Part shown: positions 11,603 to 24,077 of the stretch, piece after piece
Numbering within the stretch: the first letter of the stretch is position 1
How the letters are laid out: the number at the start of each line of letters is the position of its first letter
DNA from: Macrostomum hystrix
Lineage: Eukaryota > Animalia > Platyhelminthes
Assembly (NCBI GenBank): GCA_950097015.1
Contig: CATNEN010000037.1
Span: forward strand, 2,852,001-2,916,000
DNA: 64,000 nucleotides
Reading direction: 5' to 3'
Translations under genes and position numbers: made by a program
The notes under the pieces: model-generated
The model's input: the letters and a program-made list of their open reading frames with translations, nothing else
Database searches by the model: none
What the model was told of the DNA's origin: nothing

Positions 11603-12194
11603 CTACAGAAGTTCACCAGCTTGCAGTACGGAGGCGGTGGCAACAGCGTCAGGCGACTGAAACACTCGCTGCCTATAGAACAGCAACTCCTGGATACTCT
11701 CACGTATGTCTTCCAGTGCCCTATGCGAGGCCATCTTTGGTGGATGTCGCAAATATGGATACCAACGCGAACAGAGCTCCTTCACAGTGCTGACATCGAT
11801 GATGCGGTAGTGCAGCACTGACATGAAATTTGGCATGTACTTTCTGAGAAAAGCAGCATCAACATGCACTGAATTGCCGGCCAGGGGGCAGGCCCCCTTC
11901 ACAGTATATTGTTGAACAAATTCAAGCATTATTCTTTCTGCCTCTTGCAGGCTAGTGCGGCTCTCCTCGCATCGCTTAGTTAGGCCAGACTTGCCATGTT
12001 GCTCAGTGCACCATTCGTCCATGCTATTTAAGAGGGCGTCCTCAATGTGCAGCACAACTGTTGGTGCTTCAGGCAAGCACATTTAAGTCTTTGTCAGTAA
12101 CCAAGCAGGCCATCTCCATGATTTGGTCGCGATCCAAATCTAAGCCAGTCATTTCCAGGTCAACCCAAACTATGTTCTGACTAGATGTCGACAT
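11603..12194 (-). pseudogene. REXO2: Oligoribonuclease (Orn/REXO2), intronless, with one +1 frameshift near 12072 (pseudogene allele or sequencing error)
   Basis: [41 protein letters not shown] runs into TGA at 12071-12069. The next frame gives EAPTVVLH...MDEWCTEQHGKSGL...LAGNSVHVD...HYRIIDVSTVKEL...HRALEDIRESIQEL, with the DEDDh residues present. Confidence 0.85.
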
Positions 12195-12581
12195 GACAGT
12201 GCTGTGGGCTTAATTTTCAGGAGGGTCAATTTGACCCTGGCATATGTATGTGATGGAGAACCTCATAGCACTGTGTAAAGTTTTAGTAGCTAATAAAATA
12301 AGATGCAAATTGTTCATCATCATTATAGCTTAGAAAATTTTATGGTAACACTGGCCTATTAGATAAAACAAAAAGCTAGATGTTTTTTTACAATACTGGC
12401 TTGACACACCAAACATTGGATCTCATTCAAAGAAAAATCAACTGATAGTGTTGCAGCTTATTTGTTAATATGATGACTCACTTCATTGTCTCTGGAAGTC
12501 TAAATCTATTCAAAATATAAATTTATAGAAACTGTTACTGCTATAATTCTTGCTTATAAATGTTTCATATTTTTGGTTTAT

Positions 12582-12668
12582 TGGGATTTTAGATTCAGAA
12601 GTGGGATTTCAGATTCAGAAGTGGGATTTTAGATTCAGTAGTGGGATTTCAGATTTAGAAGTGGGATT
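12582..12668. repeat. 20-bp tandem repeat GGGATTT(T/C)AGATTCAGAAGT, about 4 copies
   Basis: Directly visible. Confidence 0.85.
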
Positions 12669-13149
12669 ATATATAATAAAATAGTTAAAGTTAAGACAGC
12701 TAAAAATAAAGAACTTCCTATAACTGCATAACTTAAATAATTTTTAATTTAAAACTGAAAACTAAAACAAAAAGGCTAATTCATTCCTTAGACAAAAAAT
12801 AACCCAAGGGAATATGAAAATCAAATCATTATAATAACCTAGTATTAAGACTGTCATGAGAGTAAGGGTGAGCTTTTAGTAAGCATAGCTAGCTAGAAAA
12901 TGCATTTTCCATGCTCATAGCCATGGCCAAGTAGGGGCTTGGCTATGAACATGGCAAAGTGGTGGCAAATCAGTAGAGCTGATGAAAAAATGTATAAGAA
13001 ATGGCATACCTTCTTTAGCTTGTATATGCCTAATATTAATATACAGAGCCCTGGCCTTGCTCAGGGGACAGGACTAATGTCCCTGAGTTTAATTCTATAG
13101 TCAGGCCACATTAAATAGGGGTGTAGCAGCAGACAGAAGTCTTGGCTTG

Positions 13150-14060
13150 GCTTGTTATGCTGTTTATACCCTTTATGACCAACCTATAAGGCACTGTGAA
13201 ATGTAGACTACCTGACTATAAGGAATTCAGGGCAGATATACACACTGAACAATACAAAGGCCCTGTGCCATGCAGTCTCCACCCCTACCGCCATTGTCAA
13301 CACTCGGATTAACCAGTGGGTGACCTCAAAGCACAAGGACAGATGGATCAATACTACCTGATTGTTAGGCAGTCTTGCACTGCAGTTCCTTGTCCCTCCA
13401 CTGCCCTTTGCAAAGCCTTGCTTAGACTTAACCGCAGGGACATCAGGTATAGTTACCATGGCCCTTTCTGGCCATGGCTGTTTTGCCAGGCACTGCTTCC
13501 TGCAAGGCAAAATCCGCAGTGAGGAGTGCCCTTTCTGCCTCTCCAATGTCCAATGTTGAGGATGTAGAGCATTTTATTTGCAACTGCCCCATCTTCACTC
13601 AGGACAGGCTCACCTATCATGGCCCAAACCCGGATCTCTCTGACGTTTTCATGCCTGAGAATATCTGCCAGCTTGTCTATTACCTAAGGGCCACTGGGCG
13701 CGTGACCTACCTCCCGGACTCTCAGGAGGAGAACCGCGCTACGGACGCAGGCATCACCAGATCCCCCTGTGCGACACCGCAGCTTTAGTTGCCTGAGGTG
13801 ACCAGGGGCTAGCGGAATGGGTTGCAATGCCTCCCTACTATATCCAAAGGATGCCCCCTACTGCTAAGTCAAGTAAGTCAACCTATAAGGCACTGTGAAA
13901 TGTAGACTGCCTGACTATAAGGAAGTTCAGGCAGATATACACACATGGCAGAATACATGCCTATGTATAGTATATATGTGCATGTGTACCCAAGAATCAG
14001 CAAAATGGGCAGAATTGCCAGGATTACTACTTCACTGGCTATGGGTCTAGTGTCACCTAA
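13150..14060 (+). mobile_element. Family A SINE copy interrupted by a LINE fragment
   Basis: 13150-13245 and 13879-14060 match the reverse complement of 1450-1660, for example gcaaaatgggcagaattgcc and ggtctagtgtcac. Confidence 0.7.
13246..13878 (+). mobile_element. 5'-truncated non-LTR retrotransposon 3' end (I/R1/LOA-group-like), degenerate
   Basis: Across frameshifts it reads [10 protein letters not shown]...MALSGHGCF...CPFCLSNVEDVEHFICNCP (CX2CX8HX4C knuckle; a 7-bp ccaatgt duplication causes one shift) and ends in an aagtcaagtaagtc tail. Confidence 0.75.
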
Positions 14061-16193
14061 TAATGTGATATCTGATATGATTTTACATAAAAAATAGATA
14101 CAATTAAAACAAAAATAAATTTGTCCTGTTTGTAATCTTAAAAAATGTTAACTAATTTTATTTTTATGACCCACATAGAAATAGGAATGACTTAAAACAG
14201 GTTTTTAAATTGTCACAAAATTAAAAGGGAAAATAATGAAAGAACTAGGCCTAGCAGCATTAGGCCTAATCTAGCATTAGCAAAGGGCCCTATCTATAAA
14301 CATAAAACTAGGGGCTGCCTATAAAAGTGTAATCTATTATTTATGATTAGATAACAATAATATTATATTAAAGTGAAATAGGGCCTAGCCGCCTAGCCTA
14401 GCTAATGTCAATGACCATGCCAACAATATCTCCTAATGAAAGTGCCAATTTCTAAGTAAAAACATGACATTACTTTTTAGCCACTGCAAAATTTTCAACT
14501 TAAACTCAAAGTTAATTTTTTTGTCATAATTTGTAATAATTGTTATAATTATAACAGAAGGTAGAATTACTAGATACTACTTAAGCCTTGTTTAAGTAAG
14601 GCTTTACTTAAACAGGCAATTCACGTTTATAGCAAGTACTTAGAAAGCACTAAGTAATACTAAATATTTAGTAGGCCTACTTAGCTTTGCTTTTTTTCAA
14701 TTCTAAACTTCAACTTCGACAACGAGAACTAATTTGCAAATTAACAATGCTAGCGCCTAGATCGCTGATTAGCCCTGCTGCCTGACGGACTGACATTTTT
14801 CAGTTCAAACGAAAATTAGAACAAAAATACAAATTCTTGAGCCAGTAGAGTATGCCAGAATCTGACACCAAACTCAGATTTAACTCGAAGGATTTGCGAG
14901 GGGTAATAAGTAGTGTGGGTCAAAAGTACTAAAGTCTGCGATTTTAAGTAATTCATATCGTAATTGACCTGGAAAATGAAACAAACCCGGAAATTTCATC
15001 ATATTCTGTTCCCAAAAAGCAGAAGATGCAAAATTGATTTGGATAATTAGGTGTGTTTTAAGTACAATTAATCAACAAAATATGCATCGACCATATTTTA
15101 CCCTCGACAACAGAGTCCCGGTTCTTTTTTACAAGGGTGGCTAAGAAATTCCCCTCGTTTATGTACAAAGGGAAATCCAGTCTAAAGGTCACTAGGCCAC
15201 ACACGGAAAAGTGGCAAAAAATGTCGGGTTCCTGATGCAAAAAACCCGGTTATAAATAGTCGGTAAAAAAGGTCGTTGCACTTGCAAAAATGGTCGGGTT
15301 CCTGGTGTAAAAAACCCGGTAATAAATAGTCGGTAAAAAGGTCAGGCCATAGCGCATCTGTCGCGCCAAAGGCTAAAAGACCTTTTTTGATCTCCTCAGT
15401 GTATTTCTAAAAATAGAACAGCTAAGCTCATGTCTTTTTTCACTTGGGCACTGCGGAGCATACGTAGTTGTATTTGCGAAAGTACTATATATTACTTTGT
15501 GCATTCTGAACCGCTTTCATAATTGTGCTTTCGCGAATGCACCGAGTTTACATAGACTTACTAACAGAGTTACGTTCGTTCTTTCGAAAAAGTATAACGA
15601 AACAGTTACACAGTTATTACTTTCGCAGATAGTAATAACTCATATATAGGCAATCAGACGCCACTGCTCCTGTCCCAAAAAAGGTATGTTGCCGTCACTT
15701 ATTTGCCATTGTTTGCGAACACATGTCTTTTAGCAAAAAAACATTAGAAATAATCATCAGCACTACTTTATGTATTTTCGCAAAAATATAACCCTTACAT
15801 TCGACTGAGAAAATATCCGTTTCGCATGTGATTAATAGCTTGCTTAGCAGTATATTACCTCCAGTCATATCAGTCAGTACATTCGCGAAAGTACGTTTGC
15901 ACATAGCATGTTTCGCACACAGCCATTCACTCAGCATTTGAGTCTATTCACAACCAAGTCAGTTCGCGAATCGACATCCATAGCAAATAGGCCTCTGACA
16001 TCTATAATTCAATATCAACTAGAGTTTACTGACTTAGAGAATTTGCACCTTTCTTAAGAGTATACAATCTGTGGCTTGTGTGTATTCAAATGGCAGCAAT
16101 ACAAATCTATGGGACACGCAAATCTCTTATACTCTAAAGAAAGGTGCGATTTGCTAAAAATAGAAACACAGCATTCGGTCATCAATAATCGTC

Positions 16194-19100
16194 ATGTCAA
16201 ACGGGTGAGTCTACTTGCATTGATCACAGGTGCAGCAACTTCGAGAAGATTTTCTAAGAAATTCTCTGGTGTTACACGCAGAACGACGGCAACTCGAGCC
16301 TGCACATCGCGGCCTCCCTCGGCCACGGAGATCTGGTGGCTCTGCTGCTGCAGCACGGAGCGGATCCTGCGGCTCTGGACAGAAGGAGACGGACTCCGCT
16401 GCACAAGTGAGTGCTGGGACAGTCACCGAGTAACCAGGAAACTCGCACTCAGAGTTACTGCTGCAAACCGCTTGTGTAATTCACCATTGCAGATGCGGCC
16501 TCTCGAACCAATCTAACATTGCTCAGGTGCTCATTGAACAGGTGTGTGGGCTCAGTAGACATTTGTTTGAATTTTACTGCACCTTCTGATGAAATCATCA
16601 GATCACTGGACGCCCTGCTCCTGATCTCCGATACCCCACAGGCTGCAAACGTGAACGCCGCCGACGACCAGTTCATGACGCCGCTGCACTGGGCGGCACG
16701 CCGGGGCCTGCACCTCGCCGTGGCGGACATCCTGCTGGCCGCCGCTGCGCGGCTCGACTGCCGCGACGTCTGCATGCGGACTCCGCTCCACTGGGCCGTC
16801 ATCGAGGGACCGCGACTCCATGGTAGAGCGACTGCTGCGAGAGCCGGGCATCGAGGCAGTCTTCGACAAGCAGGACATGCACGAGAAGTCTCCGCTGCAC
16901 TACGCTGCAGAGCGTGGCTGCGTGGAGGTAGGAGTTTTAAAATCATTTCGTTAGGAATAGGACGAGTAGGACTTCTGGTTTGAAAGCAACCGTAACATAA
17001 AATACTGAATACCTGCAAATGTCACACTGACTTCAGCTGACGCAGAAGCTGGTGATCCGAGGCGCGGACTGCAGCCTTGTTGACGTGGACGAGCGCCGCC
17101 CGGAGCACGTGGCCGCTCGCAGAGGACACCTGGACTGCCTCCGCGTGCTGATCTCTGCCTCGTCTGGCCAGACCAGCGTTGATCAAAGGGACGCCGACGA
17201 GAGCACCTCCATGCTGCTGGCAGCTGAGGCCGGTCGGTTTGATGTATTTCAGTTCCTCTGCGAATGCGGCGCTGACGTTTGTGCCAAGTGAGGAGCGATG
17301 AAATCTTGGCTGTCCCTATCCCCTACAGGGTTGAATGCCATTTACAAAAATCCCATTCGCCGTTTTTTCTGAGAATACAGCATCGGTAAAATTCTCTGAA
17401 GTATGCATCTGTTTGGTAGAAGTCTGCATGGGAACAATGTGCCTGTTGGTAGAAGTCTGCATGGGAACAAAGTGCCTGTTGGTAGAAGTCTGCACGGGAA
17501 CAATGTGCCTGTTGGTAGAAGTCTGCATGGGAACAAAGTGCTTGTTGGTAGAAGTCTGCATGGGAACAATGTGCCTGTTGGTAGAAGTCTGCACGGGAAC
17601 AATGTGCCTGTTGGTAGAAGTCTGCATGGGAACAATGTGCCTGTTGGTAGAAGTCTGCATGGGAACAATGTGCCTGTTGGTAGAAGTCTGCATGGGAACA
17701 ATGTGCCTGTTGGTAGAAGTCTGCACGGGAACATTGTGCCTGTTGGTAGAAGTCTGCATGGGAACAATGTGCCTGTTGGTAGAAGTCTGCATGGGAACAA
17801 TGTGCCTGTTGGTAGAAGTCTGCATGGGAACAATGTGCCTGTTGGTAGAAGTCTGCACGGGAACAAAGTGCCTGTTGGTAGAAGTCTGCATGGGAACAAA
17901 GTGCCTGTTGGTAGAAGTCTGCATGGGAACAATGTGCCTGTTGGTAGAAGTCTGCACGGGAACATTGTGCCTGTTGGTAGAAGTCTGCATGGGAACAATG
18001 TGCCTGTTGGCAGAAGTCTGCACGGGAACATTGTGTCTGTCGGTTAAAGTGTGCGCGGGAATCGAGCGTGAATTCCTGAATTTTTCTGAGTATCTGTTGG
18101 CGTAACTATTCTTAGAACAGAAAATCGTTGCTTCGAATGTGGGAGTTAAGTTTTAGAAGCAGTTAAATTGATTAATATCCTATTAATCTAAAAATATAAA
18201 ATCTATATATATACCTGGACTTTTAGAGACGACATGGGTCGCAACGCTCTGATGCTGGCAGTGTCCAAATCACACTACTGCATTGCTAAACATCTTCTAG
18301 AAAGCGACTTCGATGTCAACGCAATGCACTAATTACCAACACAGAACACGACCCTGCACTATGCTGCTAAGGAGCCGACCGCGGCCAATTGCGTGGGCCT
18401 GCTGCTTGAGCACTCTGCCCTGCTGTCTGAGAATAGCAGCAAGGAGACCGCGGTGGACTTTGCCGTTAGGAGCAATAACTCTGCCGCGTTAGAAGTGTTC
18501 TTAGCGGTACCTAGTGAGTGGAGCCAAGTGCTGCTGTCGTGCTGCCAAGCCACTCGGCAACTTCATAGAATACCAGAATGCATGATAACACTAACAGAAT
18601 AGGTGGTCCTTATAAGTCAAAATGCAAACATTTCTCAGCTGCTCGTGGACTATGAGCTTTCGACGTCACGACGGTCGATCGCATCTGGACCTGCTGATCG
18701 AGTCTGCTCCTGAATTTGTGCCGGTAAGTCCAAATCAGTAGGAACTTTATGAGGTGCTTGTGTTAAACCGCGTGTCAATTAAAATATCGCATTTTGTCAC
18801 ATTTTCTGAGCTCAAAATTGATCACATAGCCGGCGACCTTCTAGAAGGTGCTGGACAACTGCATGGAGACGACTGTTCGGGACCCTCTGGATGAGAATTT
18901 TAGGGTGAGTTCTCTAACTGGATATGACTTACAGTCCCTGCGTCAGTAAATAATATTGTTATATCTAATGACAGGTGGTCTACAACTACTCACTACTTGA
19001 TCCTGGACCAGACGACCGAGCCTGCCAACAGAATAGATACCTGGCTCTGCTCAGCATGGCCAAGCACAAGAGGCTGGAGCTGCTGCATCATCCGCTGTCT

Positions 19101-20193
19101 TCAGCTCTGCTGCAAGAGAAATGGTGAGAGCAAATTAAGCATAATCAATGAAAGCGAGCGAGCGCAAGATCAGTCTATTAAAAACTATAACTACCAATAA
19201 GGGAATTCCCCTGAAACTTTTTGCTGCACCCAAACGGAGCAACACCAGCACACACAACTCAAGAACACGGGCAAAATTTTTGTTGCGCATCTTCTCAAAC
19301 AAGAATCAAGTCGCCAGCTCTTCAGACCGTCGAGATATTCAATGGCTCTGGCCGAAGGTCAGATTTTTTTCCATAAGCGCTAGTGTATTTCATACACCCC
19401 TATACACGAATTAGCACTGCGCCTCAGTGCGGCCTTGCCAGGCCTTCAAAATTTATCAGCATGTCACCCGAATGTGGCTGCATCATCTCTGTCTTCGGTG
19501 GTCACCTACCTTTATCTAGACGGATTTGCTGGACCTTTAAGGGCTACAACAGGTGGAAATAGGCCACTATGGACATCCTGACGCGAAGTTCTCCAATTTC
19601 ACTGATCAAGCCAAAATACTAGGCGCAAAAACCACAGTACACCATCGCCTAGTCTGTCAACCAATCAGTCACCACCCAACGCTATTAACATTCAGGCGCT
19701 GACAAAAAATTTTCTTGTTTCATATTTTGGTAAAAAACTGGTGGTAAAATGGCTTGGTAGCCCAGCTGCTAAATAACAGGAGATAAGAAGGCGGTTGGAG
19801 GGTAAGAGAAGTGAGGACGAGCCAGAGGGCAAGAGATGAAAAGGCGAAAAACACGATTGGACATGAGAGACTGAACAATAATGGACTGACCAATCACTGA
19901 GCGGGGAGAGGCTAAGAAAATATAATCCAATACTCGTAGAGTAAAGTGCAGATAAATAAAAAACAAAAGGGAAGGGGCAGAAGGAGTTGAAAGTCGCGAA
20001 TAAGCATCTAAGCTGCATCACAATATTTTCCACATCCTCCAGGAAGAATTTCGCTCGCTACGCTCTGTGGCTCGACCTGGGCTTCTACGCCCTGTTCCTA
20101 ATTCTGCTGACCGTATTCATCATGGACACTGGGCCGACACCGCCGAACCTGATGGAAGACACCACTGGCTGTCGAAATTCCAGTACTGACTCG
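16194..20193 (+). pseudogene. Truncated, damaged TRPA paralog (equivalent to exons 6-16 of the minus-strand gene)
   Basis: Exons homologous to the intact gene (NDGNSSLHIAA, DDMGRNALMLAVSKS, VLDNCMETTVRDPLDENF, LELLHHPLSSALLQEKW, S1 helix). There is a +1 frameshift near 16807 and a lost donor with in-frame TAA at 18330; I found no S2-S6 exons downstream and no N-terminal exons upstream. Confidence 0.85.
17400..18040. repeat. 33-bp intronic minisatellite GTGCCTGTTGGTAGAAGTCTGCATGGGAACAAT
   Basis: Directly visible, inside the intron after the exon-10 equivalent of the TRPA paralog. Confidence 0.97.
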
Positions 20194-20812
20194 GTTAGTG
20201 CTATACTTGGGCTAATGTGTGATATTGTCGATGCGTTGTTTCGAAAACTCCGTCGAGGGAAATTAATGCACTCTTTTTTGCTTGCGTTGGGACGCAAAAT
20301 ATTTTTTGTCATTTCTCGTTATTTACTGGGTCAATGAAACTTGGCACCATACTTTATGTCAGACTGTGCGTGCTTCGAGAAATGCTGCTCTATATAAATA
20401 ATTTTCAAATAGGTAGCAAGGAAGCCTCTTATAAGGTGAGCATGGCAACCACAGAGGCTTACTTTTATGTTGCATCGTATTTTTATTATACGATTTTTAC
20501 CTAATAAAATATGTATAAAGCAATTACGAATTTCGTACATAATTGATGTAAATCTGATAAATTGTGCTTTTAAATATACTCGTACTGATATGAGAATCAA
20601 AAATGTTAATCTACGAGTTACATTAAATAAACAAGCGCATTAGTAACTAACAACAGTCTAAAAACTGTGGTAAGACCATTGGGGTTGTTTTCGTAATTTA
20701 CCTAAAGTAAATTGCCCAATGTAACTTGGATGATAAGTAGCATAAAACAATCGCATTGTCATGCAGCGATTTCAGTTAGGCTCCCGCAGCCATATCGCTG
20801 AATCACAGATAC

Positions 20813-22392
20813 TCATTGGTCGCCACTGTCCTCCAGAGTGAACGTTCCGTACATCTGGTTCTTCCGCTCCGCCTCCGAGCCGCTCATGTTCACGAGCGGC
20901 TTGAAAATCTCGTCGTCCGACGCCGGGCCGTCGCTGTCGCCCTCCGTCCTGCCCTTCTTCTGTCTCAGCGCCTCGAAGGTCGAGCGCAGCTTCTTGGGGT
21001 ACCAGGACACGTTGCGGCCGCACTGCTCGCGGGACAGGCGCAAGTTGCTGTTGAAAATGCTGGAAAACGGAAAGTCCTCTTCGTCAACGCCGAACGGGTC
21101 CATGAGCACTAGGGCCACCTTGAACCAGCCCACCATGAACACCATGTGCACAATGGCTAGCACTGGTAGCCAGTAGTCCACATAATAGCCCTTGGCCTTG
21201 CGAACAATCGCCTCCTTCGGATCCAGCAGCTGGCGGCTGAGCGTGTCGGACAGGAACACGGTGTACACGGCGATGATCACCACCTGGGTATAGACCAGAG
21301 GCAGGCCGCGCCTGGCAAAGTTGATGAGCACGCGAATCTTGCCAGACCAGGCGTAAATCTCTTCCTGGACCTTGAGCAGGGCCCGGTTGTCCCGGATGAA
21401 GCCTTTCTCCAGAGCCTCCTCGGCTGTGGCCAGCGCCCAATAGAACGGCAGGTACCACTCGGGCTCGTACTTGCCGTTGGCCTTCTGCGAGCGCTGCAGG
21501 AAAACGGCCATCTCCGACCTGGTAACTATGCGGCCAAACTGCTTCCGAACCATCGGGTCGCGGTTGAGCACGACCAGCCGCTCCAGGGACCGCCTGACCG
21601 GGTCCGTCACCGGCTCCTCGGACAAGCGCATCAAGGCGTCGAAATAGGTGTCGCCTGACTCCGGCAGTGGCTTGATCTTGCCGTCCTCCGTCACCTCAAA
21701 GTCGCTTTGAAATCGCGCGGTCAATCTTCTGACAAACTCGAAGCGTTCCTGCAGCGCGCCGCAGATGTTCCACAGTGCCAGCACCCAGGCTAGGTTCAGG
21801 TAGCGAACAATGGTGATGCGGACCTTGGCCGCCTCGCCAGGATTGGCGCCGCTTTGAATAGAGCCGACTAGCACGGCCGAGGGGCCGGACATGCGGGGGA
21901 TGTTCTACGAACCAACAGGCAAAATGCATTTGCAAAAATTGAATGGTGACAGATGCTATGGTAGTAATCGATTTCCATGTTGAAAGGCCAACAGAAACTC
22001 ACCATGTAGATGTTCCACCATCTGGACGCCACGTTACTGACAAAGAAGCCCAGCAGAAATGTCACAGGAATTTTGCCGCTCCACTCACCGACCTGCTCGA
22101 CCAGGTTCTCAAAGTACCACTTGCCAGTTGAATTGAGAGCGAATCGGTACACTAGGTTGAGCGTATAATAGATGGCCAGCCATATGACCAGATCGATCCA
22201 AATCAGTCGGTAGATGCTGGCTCGCCATTGGAACAACTGCCGCAGGAGCACGCCGTACCCGGAGGTCGAAACATCCAAGTTAGCTGTCGTGACGGTTGCG
22301 CCGCCTTTGATGCGCTTGACAGCCTTGCGCTCCTCGGCTTCGGAAAGACCGCTGACGGAGTCCCGCTGCGGCTTGAGCAGGCCTTGCTTCAT
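20813..22392 (-). CDS. Bestrophin-family anion channel; exons 22392-22003 and 21904-20813; 493 aa
   Basis: Motifs LFQWRASIYRL, IPVTFLLGFFVSNVASRWW, IVRYLNLA, LPLVYTQVVIIAVY and GWFKVALVLMDPFGVDEEDF; a single phase-0 GT-AG intron. Confidence 0.93.
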
Positions 22393-22854
22393 TCTAATTT
22401 CGAAACGGTCAACTAGCCAAGGTGCATCTGGGTCAGCAGACTAGGGGTCTCGACTGAGCTGTTGTCGTGTATCACTTTGGCACGTGAGTTCACCTGTTAA
22501 ATATTTCATATTGAAATGGCTTCTTTCGTATAGAAAGAGAACAATGAGACTTAATGTTAAGAGTATTGCTCTGCCAATTCTCTTATCTAGCCCTCTGGCC
22601 CTCTCCAATGGCCTGCAGAGTCGGCAGCTGGGAGCGCACGTGCCACCGGTGTCACCGGCCGAGTTGACGCCGGCTCACCTGGCCAGGGCGAATAGTTAAG
22701 CCTGGCTGCACTGCAATAAAAGAGAACGAGTTGGGGGCCGCAGCAGACTCAGATGGCTACACAATGAGCTCGAAATATTTTTCTAAATATATTTTTTCTC
22801 TGCTCACAGAGCTGCCTAGCGAAGTTTTGCATTCATCTGAGATCTTACACTCTA

Positions 22855-23761
22855 CGAGGGGCGATCAAAAAGTTCTGCAACCAACTGTCCTGTAGCCACT
22901 TCTGCTGCACCAAATAAAGTGAAATTTGCTGGAGTTGTTCAGAATTTTGTTTTCTCCTTCCTTGTAGAGTTTTAGTTGATTTCGAGAATCAGTTTCATTT
23001 TTAGCCTGTACATGGAATCGTCAAAAGACGACATTCGCTTCTACATCTATATGCGCATGCATCTGGGTAAAAAGATGTGGAAATTCACAGCGACTTAGTT
23101 TTAGTGTTGGCTGAAGCTGCGCCGTCATTTGACACTGTCGCACGCTGGATGCGCCACTTTACCGATGGACGAACGAGCTCCAATGACGAGAGTCAGTCTG
23201 GACGACCCCGGACATCCGTGACCGAGGCATCAGTGGCCCGCGCGGACACAATTGTGCGCGAGGATTGCGGTGTGACACTGAGATTCCTTGCCTACGAGTT
23301 CGGTGTCAGCTATGGAAGCGCCCACACCATCATGCATGAGCAGCTGGGCCGCTCCAAGACCTGCGCCCGCTGGGTGCCGCACCTGCTCACAATGGAACAG
23401 TGCGCTGAGCGCGTGCGAATCTGCCGCCTGTGGCTGGAGCTGTTCGAACCAAATGGTTCAAGAAGGCTGTCTGACGTCGTGACAGGAGACGAATGTTGGA
23501 TTTCCTTCTTCATGATGAAGGACAAGCAGTCCAACATGGTCTTTTCTCGCATTCAGGACCTGGCACGAGCAGTCAAATCAGAACTCGAGAGACTACCAAC
23601 ATCAGAGTACCTCAGCTGCTTCCAGGCCTGGCGGATGCGAATGCAACGGTGCATTGAAGCTGAGGGGAAGTACTTTGAGGGAATGCGACACTGAATGTGT
23701 GCTCCAGTTTTCTCTGGACTTTATAATAACACAGCTTGCAGAACTTTTTGATCGCCCCTCG
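22855..23761 (+). mobile_element. Internally deleted, non-autonomous mariner element (907 bp) with perfect 26-bp TIRs and TA target duplication
   Basis: TA|CGAGGGGCGATCAAAAAGTTCTGCAA...TTGCAGAACTTTTTGATCGCCCCTCG|TA. The ORF has the HTH region, GRPR, WVPHLL and VTGDECW, then jumps to the C-terminal RCIEAEGKYFE. The second and third catalytic Asp and YSPDL are missing. Confidence 0.95.
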
Positions 23762-24077
23762 TAAAAGTGCGAAATATAGGCATTTTTAGCTAATTTATTA
23801 AGCTAGCTCAAACAAATTGTAAGATAAAAATAATAAGAACTAAAATGAGTACAGATACTAACTCTACTGACTATTTAGATGGCTAAGTTGGCTTTCTCGT
23901 TGGATATTGCTGTTTGAGTTGGATCAGATTTTGATCAAATCCGGTCTAAAACCTACAAATTATTAATGAAATGTAACGAGACAACCACTTTTTCCAATTC
24001 AGTTCTCAGCTTTTTTATAGAGCCGTAGTGGAAAACGTTTATTGAAAACTCCTAAAACTAAAAAACTGTACTCCAAA

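Noticed and set aside
12069-12071. Selenocysteine or readthrough at the REXO2 TGA
   Set aside because: Homology resumes in a different frame, so this is an indel rather than in-frame recoding.
17316-18105. Long ORFs in several frames over the 33-bp array
   Set aside because: They are a consequence of stop-free tandem units inside an intron of the TRPA paralog.
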